Shown here piece after piece: positions 24,522 to 38,241 of a stretch of DNA of 64,000 bases. Every line of letters starts with the position of its first letter. The stretch's first letter is position 1. Source of the DNA: an uncultured virus (IMG/VR IMGVR_UViG_3300006930_000005). Lineage: Duplodnaviria; Heunggongvirae; Uroviricota; Caudoviricetes. The DNA lies in the IMG/VR virus record IMGVR_UViG_3300006930_000005, one strand, 5' to 3'. The notes beneath the pieces are model-generated. The model was given only the letters and a program-made list of their open reading frames with translations. It was not told the origin of the DNA and did no database searches. A program made the translations under genes and the position numbers.

Positions 24522-26620
24522 CTTAATACCCCCTAATTTTCAACTTATTTTCATTATATATCAAAATCAAATCTCAATCTATAATATTACTTTTATTTTC
24601 ACTAAAATCATTCTTCTTTATTAAATATATCAAATTCTAATTTTTCCCAACTGATTTTAACCGAATTGCAAAGTGTACAATCCCATTCTTCATCAAAATC
24701 ATGTTCTACTTTAAAATACTTCTTTTTATCTTCTAATAATTTAAATAGACATTTATCTGAACAAGCATCAAAATCATCTATTGGTTCCGCATAAGCGTTT
24801 TCCATCCATACATCATAATACCAATCTAAGTCATATATTTCTTTCTTACAATTGTCACATTCACATTTAAATATTTTCCCTATATTATTATTTATTCCAT
24901 GTTCTTTATGATTATAATATCTCATAATAAATCTCCTTATTCTAAGCTTCTTAATATTTTATCTATACTACCTCTTAACTTAATTAATTCTTTTTTTACA
25001 CTTTCTATTTTATTATCTTTTTTTCTACTCTCTTTTAACCATATTTTATGTAATTTTGTTTCAACAGCTAAATCAGTTTTTAATTCAATTGCTTTTTTAT
25101 TTTCTTCTTTATATGTGTCTTCTTTATCTTCATCTATAATCTCTTCCCAAATCTCTTTACACCAAGGTAATTCTCCAAAACTCATATTAAATCTCTCCTT
25201 TCAAATCTTATATATCCATTATAACATACTTTAATTCATTTGTCAAGTTTTTTATTAATTTATTTTAATTATTTTCTAATTTATAAAAAGCCCGGGTGAT
25301 TTTTTATTTGCCAGTTACCTCGAAATTCCTAGTTACCCTCTATTTTAATTATTCTTATTATGTAAACTAAACACTTGTTTATTATTATATATTTATTTAT
25401 GTAATATAATTCCTTTAAAATATATAATATCACATAATTCGTACGAATATTTGGCATTCCATACACATAATCGGCACGAATATTGTTAAATCTATATATT
25501 TATGTTTTGCTATTTGGGCATTGTGCTTACAATACACTCTCAAATGAGCATATTACACTAAATAATCAATCTTTATATATTACCTATAAACTTATATTAA
25601 ATATATAATAAATCTATTTAAAAGGCATTCTCGTTCGTTGTATTATATATAATTTGTTAATGTTAAAGTATTCTTTATATATACATATCTTAAGACGCTC
25701 ATATTTACTATTTAAGCCTTTTAATTTATGTATATGCAAGATTATATTCAAATAATACAAACTGTCTTAAACAGGTTATTTTGCTCATTTAAACATAAGT
25801 TTACATAACATTACTAGAACACGACAAAAAAGTGACTATATATTTCTATATAATCACTGTGATTATTTGATTTGGTACAATACCATTGTATTATTATATT
25901 AAATTGCAAACATCTTGTAAATAGTTTAAACCTCCCAACTATTTACGTCTATAACGTTATCTATTCCATAATCAAAATTAATTACTTCTTTAACGTCTAG
26001 TTCTTGCTTTAATATTTTTTCTATGTCTTGTAATGTCCATGTTCCTTTTAATACCATTTTAACACTTTCTATTATTTCCCTTACTTCTTTTAATTTAACA
26101 GGAATATTTAATAAATAAACATCATAGCAATTGTCGTCGTTATCTAGTATCATAAATTTATTTGTTAAATCACATGTGCATATTCTTACATAAAATCTTT
26201 TATCTTCGCTCATACTTTACACCTTAACCCTTTCTATGTTTACATTATAACATATTATTAAACATTTGTCAACACTTTTTATTAAATATATAAAAGAAAT
26301 TAGCAAAATGCTAATCTCTAAAAGTGTCTATGTTATTTTGTCCTTGTATAATTAGTTTGTAATCGTTTTTGACTTGTTTTATAACTAATTGCTTATTATT
26401 ACTAAGTTGCTTATTTATTGTCTTTTTATTGTCTTGTATTTGTTTTATTAGATTATCAATATTTTGCATTTCAAAACCTCCTAAATTTACATCTCTAATT
26501 CTTCATATTCCTTACGTGTAATATTACCATTAATTAAATTTAATTGATTTCTTAAATGTTCTACTAATATATCTACTTCGTCCCCGTCTAGTGCCTCGTT
26601 TCTCCATTCAAAGTCAAATA

Positions 26621-26698
26621 TATCTAAAATAGATGTTAACTCTTCCCCAAATTCTAATTTATCTAAAATAGATGTTAACTCTTCCCCAAATTCTAATT
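26621..26698. repeat. 39-bp tandem duplication inside ORF 26487..26750
   Basis: TATCTAAAATAGATGTTAACTCTTCCCCAAATTCTAATT occurs twice; the protein repeats LEFGEELTSILD. Confidence 0.9.
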
Positions 26699-26746
26699 CA
26701 TCTAATTCTTCTATGTCTACTACAAAATAATTTTCTTTTAACTCAT

Positions 26747-26992
26747 TCATTTTAAATCCCCCTTTAATAATTCTTTATATTTATTATGTAAACTTATACC
26801 TCCACGACTTGATTTTTCTTTAAAATTATTGTCTAATATTTCTTGTACTTCATTCTTTTTATTAGTTGGTAGTTTTTGTATTCTTTGATGTATCGTACTT
26901 TTAGACACTCCAAAATGTAAGCCACATTCACGAACAGTTGTTTTGTTTTGTATTATATAATTAGCAATTGTATTGTTATCTATTTTTATCAT
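26747..26992 (-). CDS. spoIIID: SpoIIID-like HTH transcriptional regulator
   Basis: IANYIIQNKTTVRECGLHFGVSKSTIH...EVQEILDNN...RGG follows the SpoIIID pattern. Confidence 0.8.
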   Translation of the reverse strand: MIKIDNNTIANYIIQNKTTVRECGLHFGVSKSTIHQRIQKLPTNKKNEVQEILDNNFKEKSSRGGISLHNKYKELLKGDLK

Positions 26993-28812
26993 ATTTGTTG
27001 CTCCCTTAATTTAAAATTTTATTTATGTCAAATTCTGTGTAAATTCTGTTATTATAAATTCTATTTGATATTTTATCTTCGAATATTTTTACTTTATTTG
27101 TTATTCTATCATTTTCACTTAAACTTTTACATGCTCTGTTTATATTATTTGTTACTACTTCAATTTTATCTAAATTATCTTTTGCATTTCTTCTTTCTAT
27201 TCTTATCTTTTTATATTCTGTTATTATATTACATCTTTGATAAGATTTTAAAGTTTTAAATTCAATTGTATGTTTTAAATCTTCTTCTTTTTTATCACAA
27301 TCACTTAATATTTTTAAATTTTCTTCAAATAATTGTTTTAATTGTTTTGTTTTTAAATCTAAATCTATTATTAAATTATCTAGTGTTTCGTTCATATTAT
27401 GTAAACCCCTCTCTTTTGTTAATAGTCACTTGCTAGAACAATAAGTTTTTTACTGTGTTTTAGTTTTTTTTGTATTGCTCTAGCAAATAAGGACTTAAAA
27501 ATGTTTTTATAAATACTTTATTTGTTGTTAAGTCTTTTAATTTTAAATTAAACATATTAATACTCCATGTTTTCTAAAATATAATCATCCTCGAATTGTG
27601 TTACAATAGATATATAAGGTAAGTCATTGCATTCATTATTTGCAATATGTTCTAATTCTTCTATATCTCTGTTATCTTCCCCAATTCTAACAAATCTATA
27701 ACTAAAACCAAACTCTGTAATTTCTTCAAGTTTTTCATTAAAATGCTCTACTTCTTCGTAAGTATCATACCATTTTACATCATTTATTTTTAATAAAACA
27801 TTGTTATTTTTTTTTATAACTTCGTCAACTTGTTTCTCTAATTTAAACTCATCACTTTTATTATATAACTCTTTAAATTTTTCATAGCCCGCTTTTTTAA
27901 ACATAACTCTTATATCACTTCTATAACCCATTTTAAAATCCCCTTTTTAATAAATACTAACATTTATTACTTTTACTTTTATATCTTCAATATTATATTT
28001 TTTATTAACTTCTTTTATTATAGATAACAACACATCTTTGTTTAATACTTCCATTTCAATTTGTACATCTATGTTGTTTTTATTATATATAAAGTCTATT
28101 ATATTATTTTCTTCATTATAATTGTTCTCAAGATTACCCATATCAAAAATACTTTCGCAATCTATATAGTTATCTAATTCTAATAAAGTTTTTTCTTTGT
28201 CTTTAAACTTTTCTATTATATCTGTAACTACTTCTTCGTCTTGATTACTTTTAAATTCGTAAATTATATCATTTATACTTACATTTTCTAAAATATACTC
28301 ATATAAATAATGATAAGCAATACTACTTATATCAAAATAACCATTATCAAAAGCATCGGCAAAATTATTAACGCCTAATTCTTGTAATATATCGTAACAA
28401 TCACTATAATATATTGTTTTATTTTCTACATCTGTTATGATGTATTCTATTATTGCGTCATAATCCAAATCTAGTGTACTCTTTTTTAACTCTTTATTTA
28501 TTTCATTTTCTAATTCTTCTAAATAACTATATTTATTTAACATAACTTCTCCCCCTCAATTACTTTTTTAAGTATAATCCTACTACTACAACAGCCAATA
28601 CAACATTTATTACTTGTTGCATTAAGTTAATGTCCATAGTAGATATTAAATCTGTTAATTTTTGTGATATAAAGAATGTTAATAATAACATTATCACAAA
28701 TAAGATGTTTTTCATTAATTTTAAAAACTTCTTGAAATTTGCTTTCATTATGTCCGTTGGCATATTATTTATATTTATATCTTTTGCTTTCATATTATTT
28801 TCTCCTTTCTAA

Positions 28813-31800
28813 GACAACTTTGTTTGTCCTTTTGATAAATCTATTATATCACATAAATTGATATTTGTCAAGTCTTTTTTATAATTTTGTAAATATTTTC
28901 GTTTCTATATTTTCTAACATTTCTTTTTCTTCTGTTGTTCTTGTGTTTAAATGTAAACCACATTGATTTAACACAAAATTCAATGTTTCTTCTTCTGTTT
29001 TAAACATAACTTTATTTTCTTCATAGTCATAAACATGTATTAATTTTCTTTTTTTAGTTAAAAATAACTTAATATCTATTTTTGCACGTTGTAATAATGT
29101 ATTTAAAAATTCTATAAAATCGTATTTTACTTTAAATCTTTGATAATTTTTTATTTTATTAGATAAAATTATAATATTTTTATATTCCCCACTATTTTCG
29201 TCCCAACCACTCTCTAAAGCCTCATTTAAAAAATCTAATTCTTCTTGTATATTGTGTGTTAAGTTGTTTTTAACAGATTTTTTAAAATTTTCTTCTGTTT
29301 TATACTCCTCCATTAATTCTGTATAAATTGAATATTTACTCCAAAAATTCCATATTTCTTCTACTAAATTATTTAATTCTTCCATAATAAACCCCCTATA
29401 ATTTATTGATTAATTTTTGCATAATATCATGTATTTTAGTTGCATGTCCGTTTATCTGTTGCATAACGATTACTTACACTTTGAATTGTGTAGCCACTAT
29501 GATAAGCCCCACTTTGTGTTAAATAATTGCTTTTAATTTTACTTGCTACAAATACAACTCCTTGCTCTTTTGTATCAAAACGTTTTGTTGCGTCGAGATT
29601 AGTATCGTAAGATTGATACCCAAATAAATTATTTCTTGTTTGTGCAAACCCACTTCTACCCCATGAACTCTCTAAGCAACCTAATCCAGCCAAGTATATT
29701 CCATTAACTCCTGTTTCTTGTTCGGCTTGTTCAAATGCTTTTCCTAACCCACTCATTGAGGTATTAGCAAACATCTTTTCGTATTCGCTTGATGTTAAAT
29801 TAGATTTTGTTAATAAATTCATATCAAAACTTATGTCTGTATTTCTTAAATCGGGTATATATTCTGTTTGTGGGCTAATACTATTTTTAATTATTCCTTG
29901 GTATTCACACAGTTTATATTGTAATTGTGTTACACCTACCGTTGGGATTATAAAGAATATTCCAATTAATATTATATTTATTAAAAATAACTTTTTCATA
30001 TTTACTAACACCTCCCCTCAAAGTTATATTTTATTTATTTTTGCATGTAATTAAACCACATAAAATCTATTACTTCCTCGCCGTATTTCTCGTCAGCCTC
30101 GTTTAGTTCTATTTCTTTTATTATGTCGTTTTCTTTTATATAAAGTAAAAACTCTCCGTTTACTACTTCATGTTTTATTATTTCCATTTTAATTCCTCCT
30201 TTGACAACTTAACTTGTCCTTTAACATAATCTTATTATATCATAGTTTTATTAAATTGTCAAGTCTTTTTATTAATCTTTTATATAATTTATTATAAATT
30301 TAAGTCTCTCCCGTAATAACTATTTTTAGCCCACCAATGTTCTTCTACATCTTCCTTAACTTTAACTTCGTCAATAGAATAGTTTTCGTCACAATTAGTA
30401 CAAACAAACTCATAATCAATAACATCTGTTATAAGCAATTTTTTTTCACAATCTCTACAATGAAATCCTGTTTTTAATAAATGTAAGTCTGTTTCTTCCC
30501 ATATTTTTTCGTATAAATTTTTAATTATTTCCATTTGTTCATTTAGTATATTTAGATATTCAAAATCGTCAAATTCTACATTTTCTAAAATATCTTGTAT
30601 GCTCTCGTACATTCTTTTAAATCTTATTAATAACTCTCTATTTCTCATATTATCTTACCTCCTCTTCTGAAACAAATCCCTCTGTCACACCATTTGCACT
30701 ATCTATGATAAAATAATCTTCTTCAATTTTATAAACTGTGTTTCTAGGCATTATGTTATTTTCTTCTTTTTGAAAATTTAATTCATTTTCATAAGTATTT
30801 TTTAAAGCATTTCTTGCTTTTTCAATAGTACTGTATACTCCTATTATATCACTAGAGTTACTATCACTATCTTCAAATTCTGTGTATTCAATTAATACTA
30901 CATATACATTGTTCATATTAAATCCCTACTTTCTTTTATAACTTTATTATATCATAATTTAATTAAATTGTCAAGTGTTTTTATATTTTTTCTATTATTT
31001 TTATAATATAATCTTTAAAATCTATTAAACAACCTTGATTTAATTCTAAATATTCAGCATATTCCTCAAAGTAATCCTGTATTTGAATATTGTCTATTAC
31101 ATCGTCAAGTTCGTTAACATCTATATAATTATCTATTTCAGTTTGCATTTTTGTATAGTTATTATATAACGGGTCTATATCTTCTATACCAAAACTTGAA
31201 CCGTCTTTAAAATCTATATAATCCTCGTTTAATACTGTTTCAATTTGATTGCTTAAATTATTTCTTAAATATTTCATTATTATTATTTTTTCGTATTCTT
31301 GCATTTTTATACCTCCCTGACAACCTTTGTTGTCCTTACTATTTTTCTTCTAATATATTTATTATCTCTATTTTATAATATCTTTTACATTCTTCCAAGT
31401 ATTCATTTAAGATATTTTTAGAAAAAACCTCTGTTTTATATATTTCGTTATCTAATTTATATATAGCATAAAAACCTTTTTGTTTATTATTTATTGCTTT
31501 TATAAAATCATTCATTTATACCACCTCACTAACTATGTCTTTATTATATCATAGTTTTATATAAAAGTCAATACTTTTTATTAAATTTTATAATTATTTT
31601 GTGCTTTTATTAATAAGTCTGTGTATTCTTTATTTGTTATGTCGTCGTCTAATGCTATTTGCTCAAACAAGTCGTTTAATTCTTCCATACTTACATTATT
31701 ATTAATTAGTTCTTGTATTTTATTCTTATAATATTCCATATTTATTCCTCCTCAAAGAAGTAATCTTCTAATCTTTCGCATACATCTGTTATTGTTTCAA

Positions 31801-33703
31801 ACTCTTCAAACTCGATGCCTCCTAAATTACCACCTTGCAAATTTTCAAGTGATAAAGTGCCATTCTTGTTTATTAACACATCAAAATTACATTGATATAT
31901 CATTTTTAACAAGTAATCTATATCTTCTTCTTGCTCTGTTTTTTCATTATTTTCTAAATAGTTATATAAATCAATTATATTTTCTTTGTTATAATACTCT
32001 AATTGTATGTTTGCACAATCATTACAACAATAAATATGAGTATTATTTACTTTTTTATATATCATATTTCCTTCGCATATATTGCATTTTAATTTTACCA
32101 TAATTATTACCTCTTCCCAAGACAAGTTGTCTTGTCCTTACTATAACCATATTATATCATACTTTATTGACTTTGTCAAGTGTTTTTATTAATAAATTGT
32201 TAATGTTCCAAAATATGTTGTTATACAGTACATAAATATTAATATTGATATTATAAGTATGCTATATATTATTATTTCATAGTTTTGTTTTATAAATTTC
32301 ATGTTTCTAATTCCCCTTATTTTATTATTTTATCTTTCCCTTTTAAATAATATATTTCATTATTTATTATTACGTATTCGTCTCCTATTAAATCTTTAAA
32401 TATTTTTAATCCATTACAACCATTTACACTTAATACATAACTAATCTTTTTAACTACTATATAATAATGATAATAATATTTAGAATTTTTTTTATCATAT
32501 TTTGCTCTTTCTCTTCTTATTTTTCTATGCTTATTCATATTTAATCCTCCTATTTCAAAAGTGAATGTTGATATTCTATATAATCTACTAAATTATAGAA
32601 TATGCTATCGCATTCATTAAAGCCTTGGTCGTTTAATATGTCTTTTATTTCGTTATTATCGTGTGTGTCTAGTATCTCCTCAGCTAAGTATGAACTGAAT
32701 TCTGATAATGTTTTATTGCTTGTTTGTATATAGTATTTTAAGTCACTTATAATTATTTTATCTAGTTTGTCCATTTTACTTATTCCTCCCCTTTATTATA
32801 ATTATTTTTTAAAATAAATTTAAAACATTTCCATTTTCATTTTTATATTTTGCGAAAATTATATTTTCCATTTTAGAATTATAATCTATTTGTTCGCTAA
32901 ACCCATTATTGATATCTTCAAACTCCTCGTTTGTTATATTTTCAATGTTAATAACACCATAAGTATTATTAGTACCATATTTTATATAATCTTCTACATA
33001 ATCTAAAGCCTCTTTTTTTGTTTTACATATTCCACAATTTTCTTCAAAATAAGCGTGTTTTTTATCGAATGCTTGACTATAAACATCATATTCTTCGTTA
33101 TCTTTATTTAGAAATATACCAACTTCAAATCTATATGCTTTTTTCATTATTAACTCCCCCTATTATCAACTTTTTTCTATTATGTTTGAATTTCAAATCT
33201 CAATTCATAATATTACTTTTATTTTCACTAACTTTTGTGTTTACATTATATCACACTTTTTAGCAATTGTCAATACCTTTTTATATTATTATTTATATGA
33301 TTGTTTTATTTAATTTTAAAATAGTAAAATAATTCGTCGTAAACTACTATATCTGTTGCTATATATTTATAATTTCCCATTAGGCTATCTAATAACATTA
33401 TTATATCATTGCTTTTATGATTATCTTTAAACTTTAATTCACATAATAATTCAATCATTTCTTCTAGTACGTTTATGTTGCTTTCTAAATATTCTTCATG
33501 TTCATTTGAAATTATTAACTCTTTTAATTCTTGTATTTCATTATCTAAATATTTTATTACGTTTTCTTTTGTCCCCATTACAGTGTTTTCTTCTATTAAA
33601 ACATTTTCGTTTATTATGTTTATTTTATTAAACATCTCTCTTATTTCTTCTCTCATTTTAAAACCCTCTTTCTTTCCTATATTTAGACAAGTTTTATTGT
33701 CCT
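28813..33703 (-). promoter_or_regulatory. Five copies of the palindrome GACAA-N6-TTGTCCT in leaders of early genes
   Basis: Copies at 28813-28830, 30203-30220, 31319-31336, 32121-32138 and 33686-33703, each just upstream of an RBS on the minus strand. Confidence 0.8.
29396..30011 (-). CDS. Secreted glucosaminidase (GH73-like cell-wall hydrolase); CGGA +1 shift at 29447-29450
   Basis: N-terminal hydrophobic segment, LESSWG, NNLFG and YATD. The shift adds K-G-HATKIHDIMQKLINKL before TAG. Confidence 0.8.
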
Positions 33704-35749
33704 TGTCTTGTATGAACACATTATATCATAGATTTACACCTTTGTCAAGTAAAAATGTGTATTTTATTAAAGTTTTTTATATTTTGTTTATTGTATGTCT
33801 TCTAATCCAGTTATACCAAGTATTACAAGGTTTATTGCTTTTGCAATGTAATTGTATTATTTGTTACTTTTTAATTAGTTTGGTTAATAAATAAGTTTTG
33901 AGTTTTTAAAAAGTCCCACGTGATATTTTTAATCCCAGTTACCCCGACATCTTCCCTTTTACCCTCTTTTTTAATGTGAATATTTGTTCGTTATGAACAA
34001 TTGTTTTGTTATTATGTAAACAATATTATGTAAACCGTTTACGTGGATTTTATATACTTTATTATGTAAACTAGGTTATATTATATATCTTTTTTATGGT
34101 ATATGATACCATATTATGGTATGTTTTATTTATGCTATAATACCATTTTAAAACACTTTTATTTATACATTATATAAATATACTATTTTATTATATAATT
34201 GCTTTATTTATGCTTTTTTGTGTCTGTAAATGTATTCCTAGAATTGATTTTAAGGTATTTTTATTTTATCATAATGTAATTACATACTTTGTATTTTAAG
34301 TGTCTTAAAAGTGCTATTCTATGCTTTACAGTATATATGTATTTGAAGTGTATTTTATGTTATAACCGACTTTTATATGTTATATATGTTATCATATACC
34401 TTTATAATAAAAGTAGTTATATGATACCTTTTACTATAAATACACTCATATTTTAATATATGATTTATACTAAAATATCAATATACTTTTTGTGGATGCA
34501 AAAAAAACAACCTAAAACGTTTTACCATTTTAAGTCGCTTTTGACTTTTTTATATGTATTGCATTTAATACATATTGTATTATATTATACTTGTTTTATT
34601 TTATAACTTCCGTTTTTAAAAAATCTAAAATTATAGTTAAATCTTTTGTATTTATTCCTAAAACATTGCTAGTAAAAAAATCTTTTGTTTGATTGTACTC
34701 GCCCAAGTTATATAAATCTTTGTTTTTAAATTCTATTATATAACTATTGCTATATTTACTATATGTTTTATATGCTATTATACCATTTTTTAATATTTTT
34801 TTATCTATCATTTTTTTATACCTCACTTACAAATTTTTTTATTTTTTGAATATAAATTTGATAACCGTCTTTGCATTCTGTTATTATAATCTTATTATGT
34901 TTGTCTAATTGCTTTAAAACTTCTTTTTTTTGTACTTCTAGATAGTTTAATATTTCGTTATAATCCATTTTTTTAACCTCTTTTCTGTGCCGTTCGCACG
35001 TGCTTTTTAAAGTAGCATAACTTTTAATATTCTATAACATTATTTTCAACTTTTTTACTTATTTTAACTAATGTTTTTACTTTTTGTAAAAATGTATATA
35101 CATTAAAATTTTCTATTATTGTTTTTTCTGTGTCTATATCTTTAAGCATATATAAACTTTTTGTGTTATTGCTACTTATATATATACTATATTTTTTATT
35201 TATATTAATTGTTTTCATAATTTTCAACCTCACTTCCTTCAGTATTTTTTATATAATCTTTGTAGTAGTTTTCTATTGCATTAATATCAAAGTATTCTAG
35301 ATTATCCATTTTTTATCACCTCTTTTTTTCTTTTGTTTGTTTTAGTAAATTAAAATTCAAAAAAGAATTTAATTTTATTATTCTTATTAATTTTATAACT
35401 TGCTTTTTTATAATCTTTACAAATTAGTATTTTAATTAATACGAACGTGTTTACAACTTTTAATATGTTTGTTTTTAATATATCAAATATAATATACATT
35501 ATTTGTATTAATTTTATCATTTTATACACCTCTTTTCTTTATTATAACTTTATTATACACTATATTTTATATAAAGTCAACTACATTTTAATTACATTTG
35601 TGTTACATTTATATTACAATATTATGTAGTCTATTATTTTATTATTATAACATAATGTTATTATTTGTTTTTCTGTATATCTCTTTATGTAGATTAGTTT
35701 TAATTTATTAATTAATTTCATTTGTTTTAAATACCTCTTTTCTTATTAT

Positions 35750-37295
35750 TTATTATGATACTATTATATATCAAAACATTATAAATTACAATACTTTTTT
35801 AAAAGTTTTTTACTAATTTGCGACTTATGTTATCTATATGCTATACAACTATTGCAAGAGTAAAGAAAAAACTTTTTGTATATTTTATATGTTTATGATA
35901 CTATTGTATTATATTATACCATGTTATTATGCTTTATTATTATGTAATGTATATATGTTATAACGTAGTTATATCAACAAACTATATATGTATTATGTTA
36001 ACTATATGCTTTGTATATTTAGAACAGTTGTTTGGTTATTATGTTAAGTATACATGGTTGAATGCTTACAGTCTGTAAGGACTTTGATATGAGCGTTTTT
36101 ATTACACGGTTGAGTGTTTATATAGGTTATATGGTACAATGGTTATATGGTACGTTTACGGGCTTGTACGTTGATTGTAGTATTATGTTAAGTTGTTTGT
36201 GTTACTTTGATATACATATTGTATATATTATGTATATGTATGTAGTGTTAACATGTAATGTTATATTGTTTATGTTATTATCACGTTGTTATTAATAGGC
36301 TGTTATATACTATATGTTATTATCTTATTGTATGTATGATTAATTGATTAGTATGTATAATATAGTTATATGTTGCTGTATGTTGTGATATGTATATGTA
36401 GTATAGTATTAATATGTATTGTGATGTTGTACAATATAATTGTATGTGTTGATTAGTATGCTATGTGTGTTTGTGTGTATGTACACGCTATATGTGTTGT
36501 ATATGATGTGATGTGTGATGTAATGATTGTATGTTATATATATGTATAGTGTTATGATGTGTTATTATTGTTTGTATATGATGTTACAATGTAATTGTAT
36601 CATTGTATGTGATGTGCTGGTTGACTGGTTGACTGGTGGTATCATGTAATGATATAGGTTGTATTAGTATATCAATTTTATATGCTGTAATACTTACAAC
36701 AAAAAAATACAGTTACCTTGCTTTATTATAATATTTTAAAGTAAATTTCCTTTACTGTAAAGCTTTTTTACTTTACACTTATGCAATCCACAGAATATAC
36801 ATATCAAACATAACATCTAATCATAATACTAATATGTATTAGTATATCAATTTACATAAACAATTGTTTATTTAAAGGGGGTATTATATCAACTTTTATA
36901 ACATAAAAACTAGAGCCAGACCCCCTAGCACTCACACACGCAGAGCGTGGCTCTACCCACTACACACCACACTACCCTATCTCCCTACACCAAACTCCAT
37001 ATACACCTACTCTCCCAACACATCCACTAATACACCAGTATACCTAGAGTGAACTCCAACCTAACACCACCATATCACCCAACACACGTACAACACTACT
37101 CCCGCAACGATTACATAGAACAAACACACCGAGTGTGAATAACAACACACATAACCAAACAACACATAACCTTACTCTCTCTAAGCAAACACCCTAATCA
37201 ACACGTATTAACACGTATAAAATCGAACTAGAATACCAAACTAGTATGATATAGGAGGGGGGTATGTATAAAAACTTTAACAAATAATAACAAAG
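35750..37295. other. Non-coding strand-switch region with a GT-rich then CA-rich segment
   Basis: No credible ORF; genes diverge on either side; 19-bp direct repeat at 36660 and 36835. Confidence 0.75.
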
Positions 37296-37298
37296 TAC

Positions 37299-37327
37299 TT
37301 GACATTTGGAGTATAATATGTTATAAT
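37299..37327 (+). promoter_or_regulatory. sigma-A promoter starting the right arm
   Basis: TTGACA-17 nt-TATAAT with extended -10 TG. Confidence 0.85.
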
Positions 37328-37534
37328 AGTATATATAGGAAAGAGAGGGATTAAATAATGGAACTGATTAAAAATGTAAAAGAGTTAAAAGAATTTTTAA
37401 AGAACATACCAGATGATTATGAAATAAGAGTTGCAGATAATGAATATATGTGTGTTACTCCTGCAAGGATTTGGATATCTAATAATACAATACTATTTGA
37501 TACGGAGGTATAGGAATGAGGGTAGGGAATAATA

Positions 37535-37955
37535 ATGGAAATTAAATTTAGAGGAATAGATATTATAACTAACGAATGGGCATATGGATATTATTTTAAA
37601 TGTCAAGGCAAATGTTTTATAAAAGATTATATAGTTTTAGCAACAGAATTTAATTTAGGAGTAGTAAAAGAGTTTGAAGTAATACCTGAGACAGTACGGA
37701 CAGTATATAGGATTAAAAGATAAAAACGAGACAGAGATATATGTGGGTGATATAATTCAGATATATAGTATATTTGATAATAGAAAATTATATATAGGAT
37801 ATGTAATATATTGTAACGATGCTAGTTTTAAAGTTTACATTGGAGATATTTTGAAACCCATAACGAGCTATATTGATATTGATAATAATAATTATGAATT
37901 TGAAGTAATTGGAAATGTATGGGATAACCCAGAGTTAATTAAGGAGTGTGAATAA
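37535..37955 (+). CDS. YopX-family protein; CGGA +1 shift at 37697-37700
   Basis: MEIKFRG...IPETV-G-QYIGLKDKNETEIYVGDII...EVIGNVWDNPELI. Confidence 0.9.
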
Positions 37956-38212
37956 TAATGAATATAATAATAATATTAGGAGCAATTTGTTTTATAGTAG
38001 GAAACTTTATAAAATATTATATTAAAGGGTCTTTAACACAACTAGATAAAACTAGATATAGTATAACTAATAAATTACCAAAGACACAGGAAAGACTAGG
38101 TAATATAATGGTTGTGACATATTTAATTATGTGGGTATGTATAATATTAGTTGTAGTTAATTTTCTAATCAAGTTGTTTAATTAAGGAAGATAGTAGTAT
38201 TTAAAATAACAC

Positions 38213-38241
38213 TTGACAAAAGAGAAATTATGTGTTATAAT
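38213..38241 (+). promoter_or_regulatory. sigma-A promoter
   Basis: TTGACA-17 nt-TATAAT. Confidence 0.85.

Larger units (their letters stand above)
24600..35740 (-). other. Cluster of small hypothetical early genes, many with their own sigma-A promoter
   Basis: Dense short acidic ORFs with GGAG/GGGG RBSs, and repeated ATTATA-N17-TGTCAA on the plus strand (for example 28843-28871). Confidence 0.75.

Noticed and set aside
2532..33894. Plus-strand ORFs in the left arm (for example 16054..16368, 24899..25234, 33475..33894) and minus-strand ORFs in the right arm
   Set aside because: They are antisense shadows of real genes, rich in F/L/I/Y/S and without an RBS.
36062..36295. 77-aa ORF in the GT-rich region
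   Set aside because: The Val/Tyr/Cys/Met-rich sequence is a by-product of the skew, and there is no RBS.
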